Shown piece by piece: positions 36,321 to 47,714 of a stretch of 58,707 bases of DNA. This DNA comes from Steroidobacteraceae bacterium. Lineage in GTDB: Bacteria > Pseudomonadota > Gammaproteobacteria > Steroidobacterales > Steroidobacteraceae. The stretch lies in contig DASZHQ010000023.1 of NCBI GenBank assembly GCA_035937715.1, forward strand, positions 1 through 58,707. Direction: 5' to 3'. The position numbers were made by a program, and so were the translations under genes. Each line of letters starts with the position of its first letter. Positions within the stretch are counted from its first letter, which is position 1. Below the pieces are notes generated by a model. That model was not told the origin of the DNA and searched no databases. It was given only the letters and a program-made list of their open reading frames with translations.

Positions 36321-39300
36321 ATGCCCGTATCCTTCCACCCGGCGGTCGCCCGCTGGTTCGAACGCACCTTCGATGCGCCGACGCCCGCGCAGCGCGAGGC
36401 CTGGCCGGCGATCGCAGCGCAGCGCCACGTACTGATCGCGGCCCCCACCGGATCGGGCAAGACGCTCGCCGCGTTTCTCGCCGTGATCGATGAGTTGGTG
36501 CGCGCCGGCCTGGCCGACAACGGCCTCGCCGACGAGACGCGGGTCGTGTACGTGTCGCCGCTCAAGGCGCTCTCCAACGACATCCACAGAAACCTGGAGG
36601 CTCCGCTCGCCGGCATCCGCGAGGAGCTGGGCGCGCTCGGCCTGCCGCAGATCGAGATCCGCACCTTCGTGCGCACCGGCGACACGCAGCAGCACGAGCG
36701 CACCGCGATGCGCAAACGCCCGCCGCACATCGTGGTCACCACGCCCGAATCGCTCTACATCCTCATGGGCTCCGAGTCCGGCCGACAGATGCTCGCGAGC
36801 ACCCGCACGGTGATCGTGGACGAGATCCACGCCCTGGTGGGCAGCAAGCGCGGCGTGCATCTGGCACTGACGCTCGAGCGGCTCGAAGCCCTCGCCGGCC
36901 GTAAGCTGACGCGCGTCGGGCTGTCGGCCACGCAGAAGCCCATCGAGGAAGTGGCGCGCTTTCTCGTCGGCACGCGCAACCTCGACGCCGCGGGCCGCGC
37001 CGCCTGCACCGTCGTCGATTCCGGCCACGTGCGCGAGCGCGACCTGCAGCTGGAGATCCCGGCCGCGCCGCTCGAAGCGGTGATGTCCGGGGAAGTGTGG
37101 ACGCTGCTGTACGACCGCCTGGCTGAGCTCATCGGCGAGCACCGCACGACGCTGGTGTTCGTCAACACCCGCCGCCAGGCCGAGCGCATCGCCCGTCACC
37201 TCACCGAACGCCTCGGCGAGCGGCAGGTCACGGCGCATCACGGCAGCATGGCGAAGGAGTCGCGGCTCGATGCCGAGGCGCGCCTGAAGCGCGGCGAGCT
37301 GCGCGCGCTGGTCGCCACGGCATCCCTTGAGCTCGGCATCGATATCGGCGCGGTCGACCTGGTATGCCAGCTCGCCTCCCCGCGCTCGATTGCCGCCTTC
37401 CTGCAGCGCGTGGGGCGCTCCGGACACTCGGTCGGCGGAACGCCGAAGGGGCGCCTGTTCCCGCTCTCGCGCGATGACCTGGTGGAGTGCGCCGCACTCC
37501 TCGCCGCCGTGCGCCGCGGCGAGCTCGACCGGCTCGTCATGCCAGCCAAGCCCCTCGACGTGCTGGCCCAGCAGATCGTGGCCGAGGCTGCGGCGCGCGA
37601 GTGGAACGAGGACGGCCTGTACGCGCTGTTGCGGGGTGCGTGGCCGTACCGCGATCTCGAGCGCGCCGAGTTCGACCAGCTGGTGCGCATGCTCGCGGAG
37701 GGTTACAGCACGCGCCGCGGTCGCCACGGCGCGCTGCTGCATCACGATGCCGTCAATCACCTCCTGAGGGGCCGGCGCGGCGCGCGCCTCACCGCCATTA
37801 CCTCCGGCGGCACCATCCCCGACACCGCCGACTACCAGGTGATTCTCGAGCCGCAGGCGCAGTTCGTCGGCACGGTGAATGAGGATTTCGCGGTGGAAAG
37901 CCTGCAGGGGGACATTTTCCAGCTCGGCAACGTCTCCTACCGCATCCTGCGCGTCGAGGCCGGAAGGATCCGTGTCGAGGATGCGCGCGGTGAGCCACCG
38001 ACCATCCCCTTCTGGCTGGGCGAGGCGCCGGGACGCACCGATGAGCTTTCGGCGAGCGTGTCGCGGCTACGGAGCGAGCTCGAGGCGCGGCTCGATGCGG
38101 GGATCGAGCCGGCCACGGCGTGGCTGGTGGCGGAGGCCGGCATCGCGGCTCCCGCCGCCGCGCAACTCGTCGACTATCTCGCCGCAGCGCGCGCCGCCCT
38201 CGGCGCCCTGCCGACACAGCGCAGCGTCATTTTCGAGCGCTTCTTCGATGAAGCCGGCGGCATGCAGCTCATCATCCACTCCCCCTTCGGCAGCCGCATC
38301 AACCGCGCTTGGGGACTTGCGCTGCGCAAGCGCTTCTGCCGCTCGTTCAACTTTGAGCTGCAGGCCGCGGCGACCGAGGACACCATCGTGCTGTCGCTCA
38401 CCACCGCGCACAGCTTCGAGCTCGGCGAGGTCGCGCGTTACCTGCATTCCAACACGGTGCGAGCGCTGCTGGTGCAGGCGCTATGCGCGGCGCCGATGTT
38501 CCCGCTGCGCTGGCGCTGGAGCGCGACCATTGCGCTGGCGCTGCCGCGCTTCCGCGGTGGCAAGAAGGTACCCGCGCCGCTCGCGCGCATGGCGGCCGAA
38601 GACCTGCTCGCGGCAGTGTTTCCCGACCAGGTGGCGTGCGCCGAGAACCTGCCCGGGGAGCTGGAGATTCCCGATCATCCGCTGGTGCACCAGGCGATCC
38701 GCGACTGTCTCGAGGATGCGATGGACATTGGCGGCTTGGAGCGGGTGCTGCGTGGGCTCGAGGCCGGCAGCATCCGCGTCATCGCGCGCGACCTGACCGA
38801 GCCCTCGCCACTCGCTCTCGAGGTGCTCTCGGCGAGGCCGTACGCGTTTCTCGATGACGCACCGCTCGAGGAGCGCCGTACGCAGGCGGTGATGAGCCGG
38901 CGCTGGCTCGATCCGCAAAGTGCCGCCGACCTCGGCAAGCTCGACGCGCAGGCGATCGAGCGGGTGCGCGAGGAGGCCTGGCCGGACGCCACGAACGCGG
39001 ATGAGCTGCACGATGCGCTCCTGTGGCTCACGTTCATCACCGCCGGCGAAGCCGCGCGCGCACAGAGCTGGGAGCAGCTGCTCACCGAGCTCGCCGCACA
39101 GCGCCGCGTCACACGACTGGAAAGCGGCGCGCTGCGGCTGTGGGTGAGCGCCGAGCGGCTGCCGCTGCTTCAGGCGCTGTACCCGCAAGCGCGCTGCGAG
39201 GCGGGCGTCGTGACACCCGCCGCTCACGCCCGCAGCTTCACCGCCGAGGGAGCGCTCATAGAAGTGGTACGCGGGCGGCTCGAGGGGCTCGGCCCCACGA

Positions 39301-40664
39301 CCGCCGCGGCGCTCGCCGCCTCGCTCGCCCTGCCCGTCGCACGCATCGATGCGGCGCTCGCCGCGCTGCAGGCGGAAGGCTTCGCGATGCGCGGGGCGTT
39401 CACGCCCGAGGCAACGCCTGCGAGCGAGTGGTGCGAGCGGCGCCTGCTGGCGCGCATTCACCGCTACACGGTCAAGCGCCTGCGCGCGGAGATCGAGCCG
39501 ATCGAGGCGCGCGACTTCCTGCGCTTCCTGTTCGAGTGGCAGCGCGTCACTCCAGCGGGCCGCATGGAGGGACCCGACGCGGTCGGCGCGATCCTCGCCC
39601 AGCTCGAAGGCTTCGAGGCCCCGGCAAGCGCCTGGGAAACGGAGCTCCTTCCCAACCGTATCAGCGAATACGAGCCCGCCTGGCTCGATGAGCAATGTCT
39701 CGCCGGACGCTTCGTGTGGACGCGTTTAGCCCCGCGGCGGAGCGAGGCCGAGCGCAGCGCCGCGCCGGTGCGCGCTACGCCCATCGTGCTGCTGGCACGG
39801 CGTAACCTGCGGATATGGTCGGGGCTCGCGACCCCGGCCGAACCGGGGCATTCTTCCGGGAATGCGCAGCGCGTGGCGGCGTATCTCGCCACCCAAGGCG
39901 CGTCGTTCTTCGATGAGATCCCCGCCGCCACGGGGCTCTTGCCCACGCAGACCGAGGAGGCGCTGGCGGAGCTGGTGGCGCTCGGCGTGGTCAACTCCGA
40001 CAGCTTCGCGGGGCTGCGGGCGCTGCTGGTCCCCGCCGACCGCCGCAAGCCCGTCACGGGAGGCCGGCGGCGCCGGCGCATCGCGCTCTTCGGCATGGAG
40101 GCGGCGGGGCGCTGGTCGAGGATCGCACGTCCCGCCGAGCCTGAGGCGACAGGCGCGACAGCCGCTGGGCGCGGACGCAGCGAGGAGATGATCGAGCACG
40201 TGGTGCGCACGCTCCTGCGCCGCTGGGGCGTGCTGTTCTGGCGGCTGCTGGCGCGCGAGGCCGACTGGCTGCCGCCCTGGCGCGATCTGCTCATGTGTTG
40301 CCGCCGCCTCGAGGCACGCGGGGAGATCCGTGGCGGCCGCTTCGTCGCCGGCTTCAGCGGCGAGCAGTACGCGGCGCCGGAGGCGATCACGCTGCTGCGC
40401 GCGGCGCGCCGCAAGCCGCAGGAGGGACATTACCTGTCGCTGTCGGGCGCGGACCCGTTGAACCTGGTGGGCATCCTCACGCCCGGCGCGCGACTGCCCT
40501 CCCTTAGCGGCAACCGCCTGCTGTACCGTGACGGCGTGCCCGTCGCTTTGCTCTCCGGCGGTGAGGTAACGTTCCTCGCCGAGCTGGCGCCGCCCGAGCA
40601 GTGGCAGGCGCGCAATCTCCTGCTGCGCCGTCACGTGCCGGCCGTGCTCGCCGACCTTGCCTGA
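36321..40664 (+). CDS. lhr: Lhr-type large ATP-dependent DNA helicase (DExH box)
   Basis: [27 protein letters not shown], Walker A APTGSGKT, and DEIH. The long C-terminal extension typical of long Lhr gives about 1447 aa. Start taken at MPVSFHP. Confidence 0.93.
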   Translation: MPVSFHPAVARWFERTFDAPTPAQREAWPAIAAQRHVLIAAPTGSGKTLAAFLAVIDELVRAGLADNGLADETRVVYVSPLKALSNDIHRNLEAPLAGIREELGALGLPQIEIRTFVRTGDTQQHERTAMRKRPPHIVVTTPESLYILMGSESGRQMLASTRTVIVDEIHALVGSKRGVHLALTLERLEALAGRKLTRVGLSATQKPIEEVARFLVGTRNLDAAGRAACTVVDSGHVRERDLQLEIPAAPLEAVMSGEVWTLLYDRLAELIGEHRTTLVFVNTRRQAERIARHLTERLGERQVTAHHGSMAKESRLDAEARLKRGELRALVATASLELGIDIGAVDLVCQLASPRSIAAFLQRVGRSGHSVGGTPKGRLFPLSRDDLVECAALLAAVRRGELDRLVMPAKPLDVLAQQIVAEAAAREWNEDGLYALLRGAWPYRDLERAEFDQLVRMLAEGYSTRRGRHGALLHHDAVNHLLRGRRGARLTAITSGGTIPDTADYQVILEPQAQFVGTVNEDFAVESLQGDIFQLGNVSYRILRVEAGRIRVEDARGEPPTIPFWLGEAPGRTDELSASVSRLRSELEARLDAGIEPATAWLVAEAGIAAPAAAQLVDYLAAARAALGALPTQRSVIFERFFDEAGGMQLIIHSPFGSRINRAWGLALRKRFCRSFNFELQAAATEDTIVLSLTTAHSFELGEVARYLHSNTVRALLVQALCAAPMFPLRWRWSATIALALPRFRGGKKVPAPLARMAAEDLLAAVFPDQVACAENLPGELEIPDHPLVHQAIRDCLEDAMDIGGLERVLRGLEAGSIRVIARDLTEPSPLALEVLSARPYAFLDDAPLEERRTQAVMSRRWLDPQSAADLGKLDAQAIERVREEAWPDATNADELHDALLWLTFITAGEAARAQSWEQLLTELAAQRRVTRLESGALRLWVSAERLPLLQALYPQARCEAGVVTPAAHARSFTAEGALIEVVRGRLEGLGPTTAAALAASLALPVARIDAALAALQAEGFAMRGAFTPEATPASEWCERRLLARIHRYTVKRLRAEIEPIEARDFLRFLFEWQRVTPAGRMEGPDAVGAILAQLEGFEAPASAWETELLPNRISEYEPAWLDEQCLAGRFVWTRLAPRRSEAERSAAPVRATPIVLLARRNLRIWSGLATPAEPGHSSGNAQRVAAYLATQGASFFDEIPAATGLLPTQTEEALAELVALGVVNSDSFAGLRALLVPADRRKPVTGGRRRRRIALFGMEAAGRWSRIARPAEPEATGATAAGRGRSEEMIEHVVRTLLRRWGVLFWRLLAREADWLPPWRDLLMCCRRLEARGEIRGGRFVAGFSGEQYAAPEAITLLRAARRKPQEGHYLSLSGADPLNLVGILTPGARLPSLSGNRLLYRDGVPVALLSGGEVTFLAELAPPEQWQARNLLLRRHVPAVLADLA

Positions 40665-40748
40665 AGGCGCGGCGCAGCGCGCACCGCCGCCTGCCCCACG
40701 CGCAGCTTCACGGTGCACCAGCGCACCGGGGCGCGCGCCTGAGCTCCC

Positions 40749-41297
40749 TCAGCTCTGCTTGTGCTCCTCGCGCCACTTCCTGACGGCGGCCATGGTGTTC
40801 TGGACGTGTTTGTCGGGATCCATCGCCGTGTAGGAGTAGACGATGCGCCCATCCGGAGCGATCACGTAGGAGGTGCGGTTGGCGTACTCCGGGTGGGTCG
40901 GCAGCACCGAGTCGTACGCCTTCATGATGCTGCCGTCCGCATCGGAGGCCACCGCGAACTTGTTGCGGCACTCGCTCACCGAGAAGCGGTCGAGCTTCTC
41001 GATCGGGTCGTGCGAGACGCCGATGACCGTTGCACCCAGCTCGTGGAACTTCGCGGTGGCTTCGGCGAACTCGTGCGCCTCCACCGTGCAGCCGGGTGTG
41101 AACGCCGCCGGGTAGAAGTACAACACCACGGGCCCTTTCTTCAGCGCATCGGCCAGCGAGAACTGGAACTCCTTGCCCGCGAGCGTCGCCTGGGTCTGGA
41201 TGTCGGGCGCCCGGGTGCCGTCCGGGAGCGCAGCGTAAACCGGAAGTGCAGCGGCCAGAACGGTCGCCGCGGTGACAAATGCAGCTCGCATGTTCAT
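40749..41297 (-). CDS. Secreted peroxiredoxin (AhpC/TSA-Bcp family)
   Basis: Signal peptide MRAAFVTAATVLAAALPVYA and active-site FYPAAFTPGCT. The start is either MNM (41297) or the ATG at 41291, which has better spacing from AAGGAG. Confidence 0.88.
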   Translation of the reverse strand: MNMRAAFVTAATVLAAALPVYAALPDGTRAPDIQTQATLAGKEFQFSLADALKKGPVVLYFYPAAFTPGCTVEAHEFAEATAKFHELGATVIGVSHDPIEKLDRFSVSECRNKFAVASDADGSIMKAYDSVLPTHPEYANRTSYVIAPDGRIVYSYTAMDPDKHVQNTMAAVRKWREEHKQS

Positions 41298-41365
41298 CTC
41301 CTTCGGTCCCTCACGCGGCGGCATCATCGGGCAACGCGCGCGCAGGCGCCAGTAGCCCCGCGCCA

Positions 41366-42583
41366 TCAGCGTTCCGGGGCGTAACCGACCAGCTCCACAT
41401 AGCCGCGCCCGCTCACGCTTTCGCCCGAACGCTCACCGCCGGCGTCCACCGCCCCCTCCCAGTAGTGCGGCGTGGTCTTCAGCTCCTGGTCGGGCAGCAC
41501 CGGCCGCACCGCGAGGCTGAGCGCGAGCGCGGGCACCTCGATGCGCCAGGCGGCCGGATAGCGCACGCCCTGCGCGTTGCGCCAGCTGTCGGTCACGGCG
41601 ATCGCCACGTCGGCGTTCGCGAGCGGCCGCGCCTCACCGGTGGGCGCGATCCAGGTGCCGGCGCTCCAGGGGTCGCGGCGGCCGTCCCGCTCGCGCAGCG
41701 CGTAGAACATGAGGGCGCCGCCGTCGCTCAGCTGCAGGGCGAACCAGTCCCAACCGGCCTGCTCTGCCGCCAGCCCCCCGCTGCCCCACTCGCGATCGAG
41801 CCAGGCGAGCCCGTGCACCTCGAGCGGGCGATCATCGCGCAACAGCCGGCCGCGCACCTTGAGCCGCGGCACCGAGTAGTAGTAGTTGGCGGCGGAGGGC
41901 TCGGCCGACTTGCGCGACAGTCCCGCCGCGCCATTCGGCACCGGTGCCGTCAGCGGCTCGAGTGTGAGCTCGATTTCGTAACCGTCCTGCGCGGCGTGCA
42001 GCGTCCACGGCGCCAGCGCAGCGGGCGTAGGCGCCGGCTCGATCCCTGCCAGCGACCAGTCGTCGATCCACACCCGCAACGGTGGCGCCTGCGCGCCGGC
42101 CAGGCCGAGCGCCGCGCGCGAGAGCTTCTGCGCGAAGCGAAAACGCCGGCGCGCCACGTCGGTTATGGCGAAATGCGCCATGTACATCTCGCGCGTACGC
42201 CAGGCGGAAGTTTCCCCCGGCGTAGCACCCGGCGCGCCAGGCATGTCGGCCCCTGCAGTGGCGGCGGGGCCTGCCGCAGCGGGCGGCGCGAGGGCGAAGC
42301 GAAAGAAGGTCAGCTCGAATCCAAAGCGCTCACCGCTCGCGGCGTCGAGATTGCCGGTGACGTACCACCATTCCTGCCGGTACTGCGGGTGCGGCCCGTG
42401 GTCGCGCGGAAACACGAACGGCCGTGACTCCAGCGCCTGCGCAAATCCCGCTCCGGGCGCTGTGCCGGGCAACACGCGGCCGGTCGCGGGGGGCGCTGCC
42501 GCGGCAGTGGCCCAACCGAGGGCGCCCGCGAGTGCACCCGCCCATACGGCAACTGCCGCCCGATGCGCGCCTGCGCCGGGCAT
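41366..42583 (-). CDS. AttH-like lipocalin/CrtC-domain protein (ABC-transporter associated)
   Basis: FPRDHGPHPQYRQEWWYVTGNL......FGFELTFFR motif. The ATG overlaps the permease stop (TGATG). Confidence 0.85.
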   Translation of the reverse strand: MPGAGAHRAAVAVWAGALAGALGWATAAAAPPATGRVLPGTAPGAGFAQALESRPFVFPRDHGPHPQYRQEWWYVTGNLDAASGERFGFELTFFRFALAPPAAAGPAATAGADMPGAPGATPGETSAWRTREMYMAHFAITDVARRRFRFAQKLSRAALGLAGAQAPPLRVWIDDWSLAGIEPAPTPAALAPWTLHAAQDGYEIELTLEPLTAPVPNGAAGLSRKSAEPSAANYYYSVPRLKVRGRLLRDDRPLEVHGLAWLDREWGSGGLAAEQAGWDWFALQLSDGGALMFYALRERDGRRDPWSAGTWIAPTGEARPLANADVAIAVTDSWRNAQGVRYPAAWRIEVPALALSLAVRPVLPDQELKTTPHYWEGAVDAGGERSGESVSGRGYVELVGYAPER

Positions 42584-45132
42584 CACTCCTCCCGCAGCCC
42601 GCTGGCGAGCGGCGCGCGCGCGCTGCGCCACGCCGGATACGCGCCCGCAGCCAGCGCCGCGGCGAACGCCAGCCACAGGGCATTGCCGAACTGCGCGGGC
42701 GCGAGGTGCAGCCCGATCTGCCAGCCGAAGGCGCGGCGATTGATGACGTCGGTGAGTACGAGCGCGGTGCAGAGGCCCGCCGGGATGGCCGCCAGGAACG
42801 CCGCGACTCCCATGAAGGCGGTCTGCCCGACGACGAGCAGCGCGATCGCCGCGCGGGTGAGCCCGAGCGTGCGCAGCAACGCCAGCTCGCGCGCGCGCTC
42901 GAGCTCCCAGGCCAGCAGCGCGCTCACCAGGCCCACGGCGGCGACGCCGGCGGCGAGCCAGTACAGCACCCGCGTGATCACGAAGGTGCGCTCGAAGATG
43001 CGCATCGACAACGCGCGGATGTCGGCGTTGGAGCGGATGAGAAGCGCCTGACGGCCGCGCGCGGCGGAGCGCAGCTCGCGAACAGCCTGCGCAGCCGGGA
43101 TGCCCGGTGCCAGGTAGATTCCGAGCGCGGCGATGCCCTCATCATGCCACCACTGCCGGTACGCCTCGAGGTCCATGAGCACCTCGCCGCGATCGTTGCC
43201 ATACTCGCGGTAGACGCCCGCCACCGTGAACGCCCGCGGGCCGGAGGCCGTGATCAGGGTCAGCCGGCCGCCCGGTGCCAGGGACAGCCGCCACGCGAGG
43301 GGCTCGGAGATCAGGATCGCGCCGCGCGCGAACTGCGGCCAGGCGTGCGCGGCCTCGCCCTGCGTGAACCTGTAGCCGGCATAGCTCTCGGCGGCGAGAT
43401 GCACCGCGTTGAGATCCAGCGCGCCTGCGGAGGAGGTCACTGTCACGCGCCGTCCCTCGCTGTGCGCGCGCACGCCCGGCACCTGCAGGAGCGCGCGGAT
43501 CACCTGCGGGTCGAGACGCCGCTCGAGGCTCTCGGCGACCCCGGGGGCACTCACATAGACGTCCGCGCGCAGACTCTGGATCAGCCACTCGCGCAGCGAC
43601 TCGCGGAAGCTCTCCACCATGATGGCGACGCCGATCATGGCGGTGAGCGCCATGCCGAGCGCCGCGATGGCGACACCGGTGCGGCTGAGCGATGCGGCGA
43701 TGTCTGCGCAGGCGAGCCGCGCCACGGGGCTGAAGCGCGCGGCAATTGCTGCCGCGGCGCCGGCCAGCGCCCGCAGCGCCGCCGGCGTGAGCGCCGCAAC
43801 GCTCAACAGCAGCATGAACAGCGCCACGAAGCCGGCCAGGAGGCTGCGGCTCGAGCCCGCGATCGTGAGCAGCGCACCGAGTGCGAGCAGCACGCTCACG
43901 ATCACCAGGCGCCGGGCGACCTGTAGGGCGCGTCGCTCGAGCACCGAGCGTGCCAGCCCGAGCTGTGGGGAGCTGCCGGCCACTTCGAGCGCCGGCAGGA
44001 GCGCGGCGACCAGCGCCGTCGCGAGCCCCGCGCACAACGCCTTGACGAGCACGCTCGCCGGCACGCTCACCTCGCTCACCGCGACCACGAAGTACAGGTC
44101 GTTGATGGTCTGCGCCACCAGCCCCACCAGGCCTCGGCCGATCGCGAGCCCGAGCAGCACCCCGCAGACGGCGCCGGCGATGCCGAGCACCGCCGCCTCG
44201 CTCAGCAGCATGGCGAGCACTTCGCCCCGCGTGGCGCCGAGGGCCCGCAGCACCGCGATGATGGAGCGACGCTGCAGCACGGCGAAGCTCACTGCGCCGT
44301 AGATGAGGAGCGTGCCGACCAACAGCGCGAGCAGACTCATGGCCTTGAGGTTAGTCGTGAACGCGTCCGTCATGGCGAAGGTCTCGCGCGCCTCCGCGCG
44401 CGTCGCATGCAGCGCCAGGTCGGCCGGCAGTTGCGCTGCGAGCCGCGCCAGCAGCGCCGTACCCGCCGCGCCCGCTGGTACGCGCACATCGATGCGTGAC
44501 AATCGCCCTACCGTCCCGAGCCACTCCTGCGCCTGCGCGATATCGGTGAGCAGCAGAGCGTCGAAGCCGGCCCCAGCGTCCTCGAGCCGCGCGATCAGCC
44601 GGGCCGGATGGCGCACTCCGCCGACGGCGAGCTCAAAGCGCCCGTCGGCCGCGATGCCGAGCTCGCGCGCGCTGGAGGCGCTCATGACCACCGTGCCGGG
44701 TTCGGTGAGCCATTCACGCGCTTCCTCCGCGCCGTGCAGCGCGAAGGCCGGCGCAGCGCTGGCGGCAGCGCCGTCGAGCTCCGCGCTCGCCGGCGGGTCG
44801 ACGCCGAGCAGCTGCATCACGCGCTCGCCCACCGTGACGTACCCCGCCACCACCGGCGCCAGCTGCGCGCGCGGCTCGCCGGGCGGGTGCGGCGCGCTGC
44901 GCAGCCGCGCATAAAGCTGCTCGTCGATGCCGCGCGGCCCGCCCACGATCTGATGGGTCGCGGCGCCGTTCACCGCCTGCAGCGAGAGCTCGAACGCGCG
45001 CCGGGCACTGGCGGTGGCGATGTCGACCGCCACGATCGTACCCACCCCGAGCGCGAGCCCGACGAGCGCCAGCGCCAGTTGCGCCGGATGGCGCAGCAGG
45101 TGACGCAGGCTTGCGGCGCGCAGCGCCCTCAT
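42583..45132 (-). CDS. ABC transporter permease with duplicated FtsX domains (AttF/AttG-like fusion)
   Basis: 849 aa. Two blocks of four TM helices, each preceded by a large periplasmic loop. 4-nt overlap with the ATPase gene. Confidence 0.9.
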   Translation of the reverse strand: MRALRAASLRHLLRHPAQLALALVGLALGVGTIVAVDIATASARRAFELSLQAVNGAATHQIVGGPRGIDEQLYARLRSAPHPPGEPRAQLAPVVAGYVTVGERVMQLLGVDPPASAELDGAAASAAPAFALHGAEEAREWLTEPGTVVMSASSARELGIAADGRFELAVGGVRHPARLIARLEDAGAGFDALLLTDIAQAQEWLGTVGRLSRIDVRVPAGAAGTALLARLAAQLPADLALHATRAEARETFAMTDAFTTNLKAMSLLALLVGTLLIYGAVSFAVLQRRSIIAVLRALGATRGEVLAMLLSEAAVLGIAGAVCGVLLGLAIGRGLVGLVAQTINDLYFVVAVSEVSVPASVLVKALCAGLATALVAALLPALEVAGSSPQLGLARSVLERRALQVARRLVIVSVLLALGALLTIAGSSRSLLAGFVALFMLLLSVAALTPAALRALAGAAAAIAARFSPVARLACADIAASLSRTGVAIAALGMALTAMIGVAIMVESFRESLREWLIQSLRADVYVSAPGVAESLERRLDPQVIRALLQVPGVRAHSEGRRVTVTSSAGALDLNAVHLAAESYAGYRFTQGEAAHAWPQFARGAILISEPLAWRLSLAPGGRLTLITASGPRAFTVAGVYREYGNDRGEVLMDLEAYRQWWHDEGIAALGIYLAPGIPAAQAVRELRSAARGRQALLIRSNADIRALSMRIFERTFVITRVLYWLAAGVAAVGLVSALLAWELERARELALLRTLGLTRAAIALLVVGQTAFMGVAAFLAAIPAGLCTALVLTDVINRRAFGWQIGLHLAPAQFGNALWLAFAAALAAGAYPAWRSARAPLASGLREE

Positions 45133-45824
45133 CGCGCGGCCGCCGGGTGCGGTGCACGCCGCTCGTGCAGGCGTCCTTCGCGCAGCTCCAGTACCCGGCC
45201 GGCGCTGGCGGCGAGCTGTTCATCATGCGTGACGATAACGAGCGTGGCGCCGTGCTCGCGCACGAGCGACAGCAGCGCCGGCAACACCTCGCGTGCGGTC
45301 TCGTCGTCCAGGTTGCCCGTGGGCTCGTCCGCCAGCAGCAACCGCGGGCGGTGCACGAGCGCGCGCGCGATCGCCACGCGCTGCTGCTCGCCGCCGGAGA
45401 GCTCCTCGACTGCGCTGTGGGCGCGCGCGCCGAGACCGACGGCCTCGAGCACCGCAAGGCTGCGAGCACGCGCCGGCGCACCGTGCACGCCGTTCAGCTC
45501 GAGCACCAGGCGCACGTTCTCAGCGACATCGAGCGTTGGGATGAGGTTGAAGAACTGGTAGACGAAGCCGATGTGCGCACGGCGGAACAGCGTGCGCGCG
45601 GGCTCGGCGAGGGATGTGACCTCGCGGCCGTCGATGTGCACCGTGCCGCCATCGGCTCGATCGATGCCGCTAATGAGATTGAGGAGCGTGGACTTGCCCG
45701 AGCCGCTGCGCCCCATGATGGCCACGATCTCGCCGCCGGCGATCTGCGCGCTTGCCTCCTGCAGCACCGTGTGCACACGAGCGCCCTCGCGGAAGCTGCG
45801 GGAGAGTTGCCGAATCTCGAGCAT
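45129..45824 (-). CDS. ABC transporter ATP-binding protein (LolD/MacB-type, AttE-like)
   Basis: Walker A GRSGSGKST, signature LSGGEQQR, Walker B LLLADEPTGNLD. Confidence 0.95.
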   Translation of the reverse strand: MLEIRQLSRSFREGARVHTVLQEASAQIAGGEIVAIMGRSGSGKSTLLNLISGIDRADGGTVHIDGREVTSLAEPARTLFRRAHIGFVYQFFNLIPTLDVAENVRLVLELNGVHGAPARARSLAVLEAVGLGARAHSAVEELSGGEQQRVAIARALVHRPRLLLADEPTGNLDDETAREVLPALLSLVREHGATLVIVTHDEQLAASAGRVLELREGRLHERRAPHPAAAR

Positions 45825-45867
45825 GCGTCGCCCTGGTGGATGCCGGTGGCCCTACAATAGCGGGACG

Positions 45868-46131
45868 ATGCCTGGATCAGAATGGCGGCTGCTCGAAACG
45901 CTCCCGGACGTGCCCTCCGCGCAGTTGCTGGCCGGGATCCTCGCCGCCGAGGGCATTGCCGTGCGCGTCATGTCGGACGCGGGGGTTCTCGGGCAGGCCG
46001 CGCCGTCGCGGATCTATGTCGAGGCGACGCAGCTGCTACGGGCGCGGCACTCTCTCGCGCAGCGCCAGTTCACCGACGAGGAGCTCGGGCACCTGGCGTG
46101 CAGCGCTGCGCCCGCCGACCCCGAGCTCTGA
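45868..46131 (+). CDS. DUF2007-like small protein (putative signal-transducing fold)
   Basis: The last 87 codons of ORF 45571..46131: W..L......A.LLAG.L...GI.V... Confidence 0.55.
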   Translation: MPGSEWRLLETLPDVPSAQLLAGILAAEGIAVRVMSDAGVLGQAAPSRIYVEATQLLRARHSLAQRQFTDEELGHLACSAAPADPEL

Positions 46132-46311
46132 GCCCATCCCCGGTTCGCGGGCGAGGAGTTCCGCTGCCGGCGTGACGCGCAACCGCGACCGCTGCAACGA
46201 GCGCTCGCCCGCAGCCTCGCTGGCAACCGCGGTGCCGATCGGCCAAACTGCGCCGCCGAAAGCGGTTCCAAGCCGTGCCGTGCACGGCCCGCATGCCACC
46301 AAGGACCCCCC

Positions 46312-47196
46312 ATGACATTGCCAGCGCCGCGCAGCGGCCGCACGTTCCTGATCGTCAACGCCGCCGCTGCGGGCGCACTTCTTGCGGGCACGCTGCTCGC
46401 GCAGGCGCCGCAGCCCTCCTCGGGTGCAGCAACGCCGGCGGCGGGCGAGACTGCGACGAAGAAAGCGCCCGCCGCTCAAGGCGCCACCAAGACAGCCGCT
46501 GGCAGCTCGGGCGCTGCGAAGGCGCCCGCGAGCGAGAAGAGCTCGGTCAGCTACAGTCTTGGAGTGTCGATGGGCGAGCAGCTGCACGGCGCCGGTGTCA
46601 GCGCCGAGGCCGTGAGCAGCGAGCGCCTGGCTCAGGGAGTGCGCGATGGACTCAGCGGCAAGGCGAAGATGACCGATGCCGATCGCGAGAAAATCAACAA
46701 GCTGGTGCGCAGCGCCTATGAGGCCGCCGGCGAGACCAACCACCGCGCGGCAGCGAAATTCCTCGCCGAGAACGGCAAGAAGGCGGATGTGGTCACGACG
46801 GCGAGCGGCCTGGAGTACAAAGTGGTGACCGCCGGGAGCGGGGAGGCGCCCAAGGCCACCGATGAGGTCACGGTGAACTACCGCGGCACGCTCCTCGATG
46901 GCACCGAGTTCGACAGCAGCTACACCCGCGGGCAGCCCGCGAGCTTCGCGGTGAATAAGGTCATCCCCGGCTGGACCGAGGCGCTGCAGCTGATGAAGCC
47001 CGGCGCGAAGTACCAGTTGTTCGTGCCGCCGCAGCTGGCGTATGACCTGCGCGCGCGGCCGGGGATACCGCCGGGCTCGATGCTCATTTTCGATGTCGAG
47101 CTGCTCGGCATCAAAGCGCCGCAGTCCTCCGCCACGCCGGCATCCCCGGAGACACCCTCCCCGACCCCCGCCGCCGGGCAACCGCCGCCGAATTAG
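46312..47196 (+). CDS. fkpA: FKBP-type peptidyl-prolyl cis-trans isomerase (FkpA/Mip-like, secreted)
   Basis: SGLEYKVVTAGSGEAPKATDEVTVNYRGTLLDGTEFDSSY..G.P..F....VI.GW.EALQLM..G....L.VP..LAY. Confidence 0.9.
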   Translation: MTLPAPRSGRTFLIVNAAAAGALLAGTLLAQAPQPSSGAATPAAGETATKKAPAAQGATKTAAGSSGAAKAPASEKSSVSYSLGVSMGEQLHGAGVSAEAVSSERLAQGVRDGLSGKAKMTDADREKINKLVRSAYEAAGETNHRAAAKFLAENGKKADVVTTASGLEYKVVTAGSGEAPKATDEVTVNYRGTLLDGTEFDSSYTRGQPASFAVNKVIPGWTEALQLMKPGAKYQLFVPPQLAYDLRARPGIPPGSMLIFDVELLGIKAPQSSATPASPETPSPTPAAGQPPPN

Positions 47197-47210
47197 CGGC
47201 GCCTCAGGTC

Positions 47211-47714
47211 CTAAGCGTTGGCGCCGGGACTGTAGCGCATGGGTTTGGTCACGCCGAGGCGGGTCAGCTCGCGCAGCAGATTCCCGGCGAGCTCCTCGCA
47301 GGCGGCGCGCTCGAATGGCGGAGCCGCGTTCCAGTCGTACGCCCAGGGCGGTGCGGCGCGCAGCCCCGGCGGCTCATCGAGGTAGCGCGGGATCACGTGC
47401 GCGTGCAGCGCCGGATCCTGGTTGCCGAAGATGGCGTAGTTGATGCGCACAGCTCCGGTGACCTTCAGCAGCGCATCGCCCAGGCGCGACATGTCGGAGA
47501 GAAAGGCGATGCGCTCGCGGGCACCGAGCGCGTTGAGGTCCGGCACCACCGGGTCGGGCAGCAGCAGCGCGTAGCCGCGCACGAACTGCCGCTCCCCGAA
47601 CACCGCCCACCCGGAGAACAACCGCGCGATCACGCGCGGATCGCGGCCCTCGCGGGCGGCGATCACCTGGGTGTGGATGGCGGTCTGCGGCTCCGCCGCG
47701 GCGTCGTTCTTCAT
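47211..47714 (-). CDS. HIT family hydrolase
   Basis: Histidine triad HAHVIPR. Start at MKNDAAAE (ATG 47712-47714). The upstream 160 codons of the ORF track are rejected. Confidence 0.82.
   Translation of the reverse strand: MKNDAAAEPQTAIHTQVIAAREGRDPRVIARLFSGWAVFGERQFVRGYALLLPDPVVPDLNALGARERIAFLSDMSRLGDALLKVTGAVRINYAIFGNQDPALHAHVIPRYLDEPPGLRAAPPWAYDWNAAPPFERAACEELAGNLLRELTRLGVTKPMRYSPGANA

Noticed and set aside
45571-45867. The first 99 codons of ORF 45571..46131
   Set aside because: This part is antisense to the ABC ATPase gene. Only the part after the intergenic ATG (45868) resembles a DUF2007-like protein.
46240-46290. Short palindromic hairpin GCCGTGC-CGT-GCACGGC upstream of fkpA, and the GCGCGC-TTT-GCGCGC hairpin near 7595..7620
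   Set aside because: These are short GC palindromes of a kind expected by chance in GC-rich DNA. There is no U-tract or positional argument for function.
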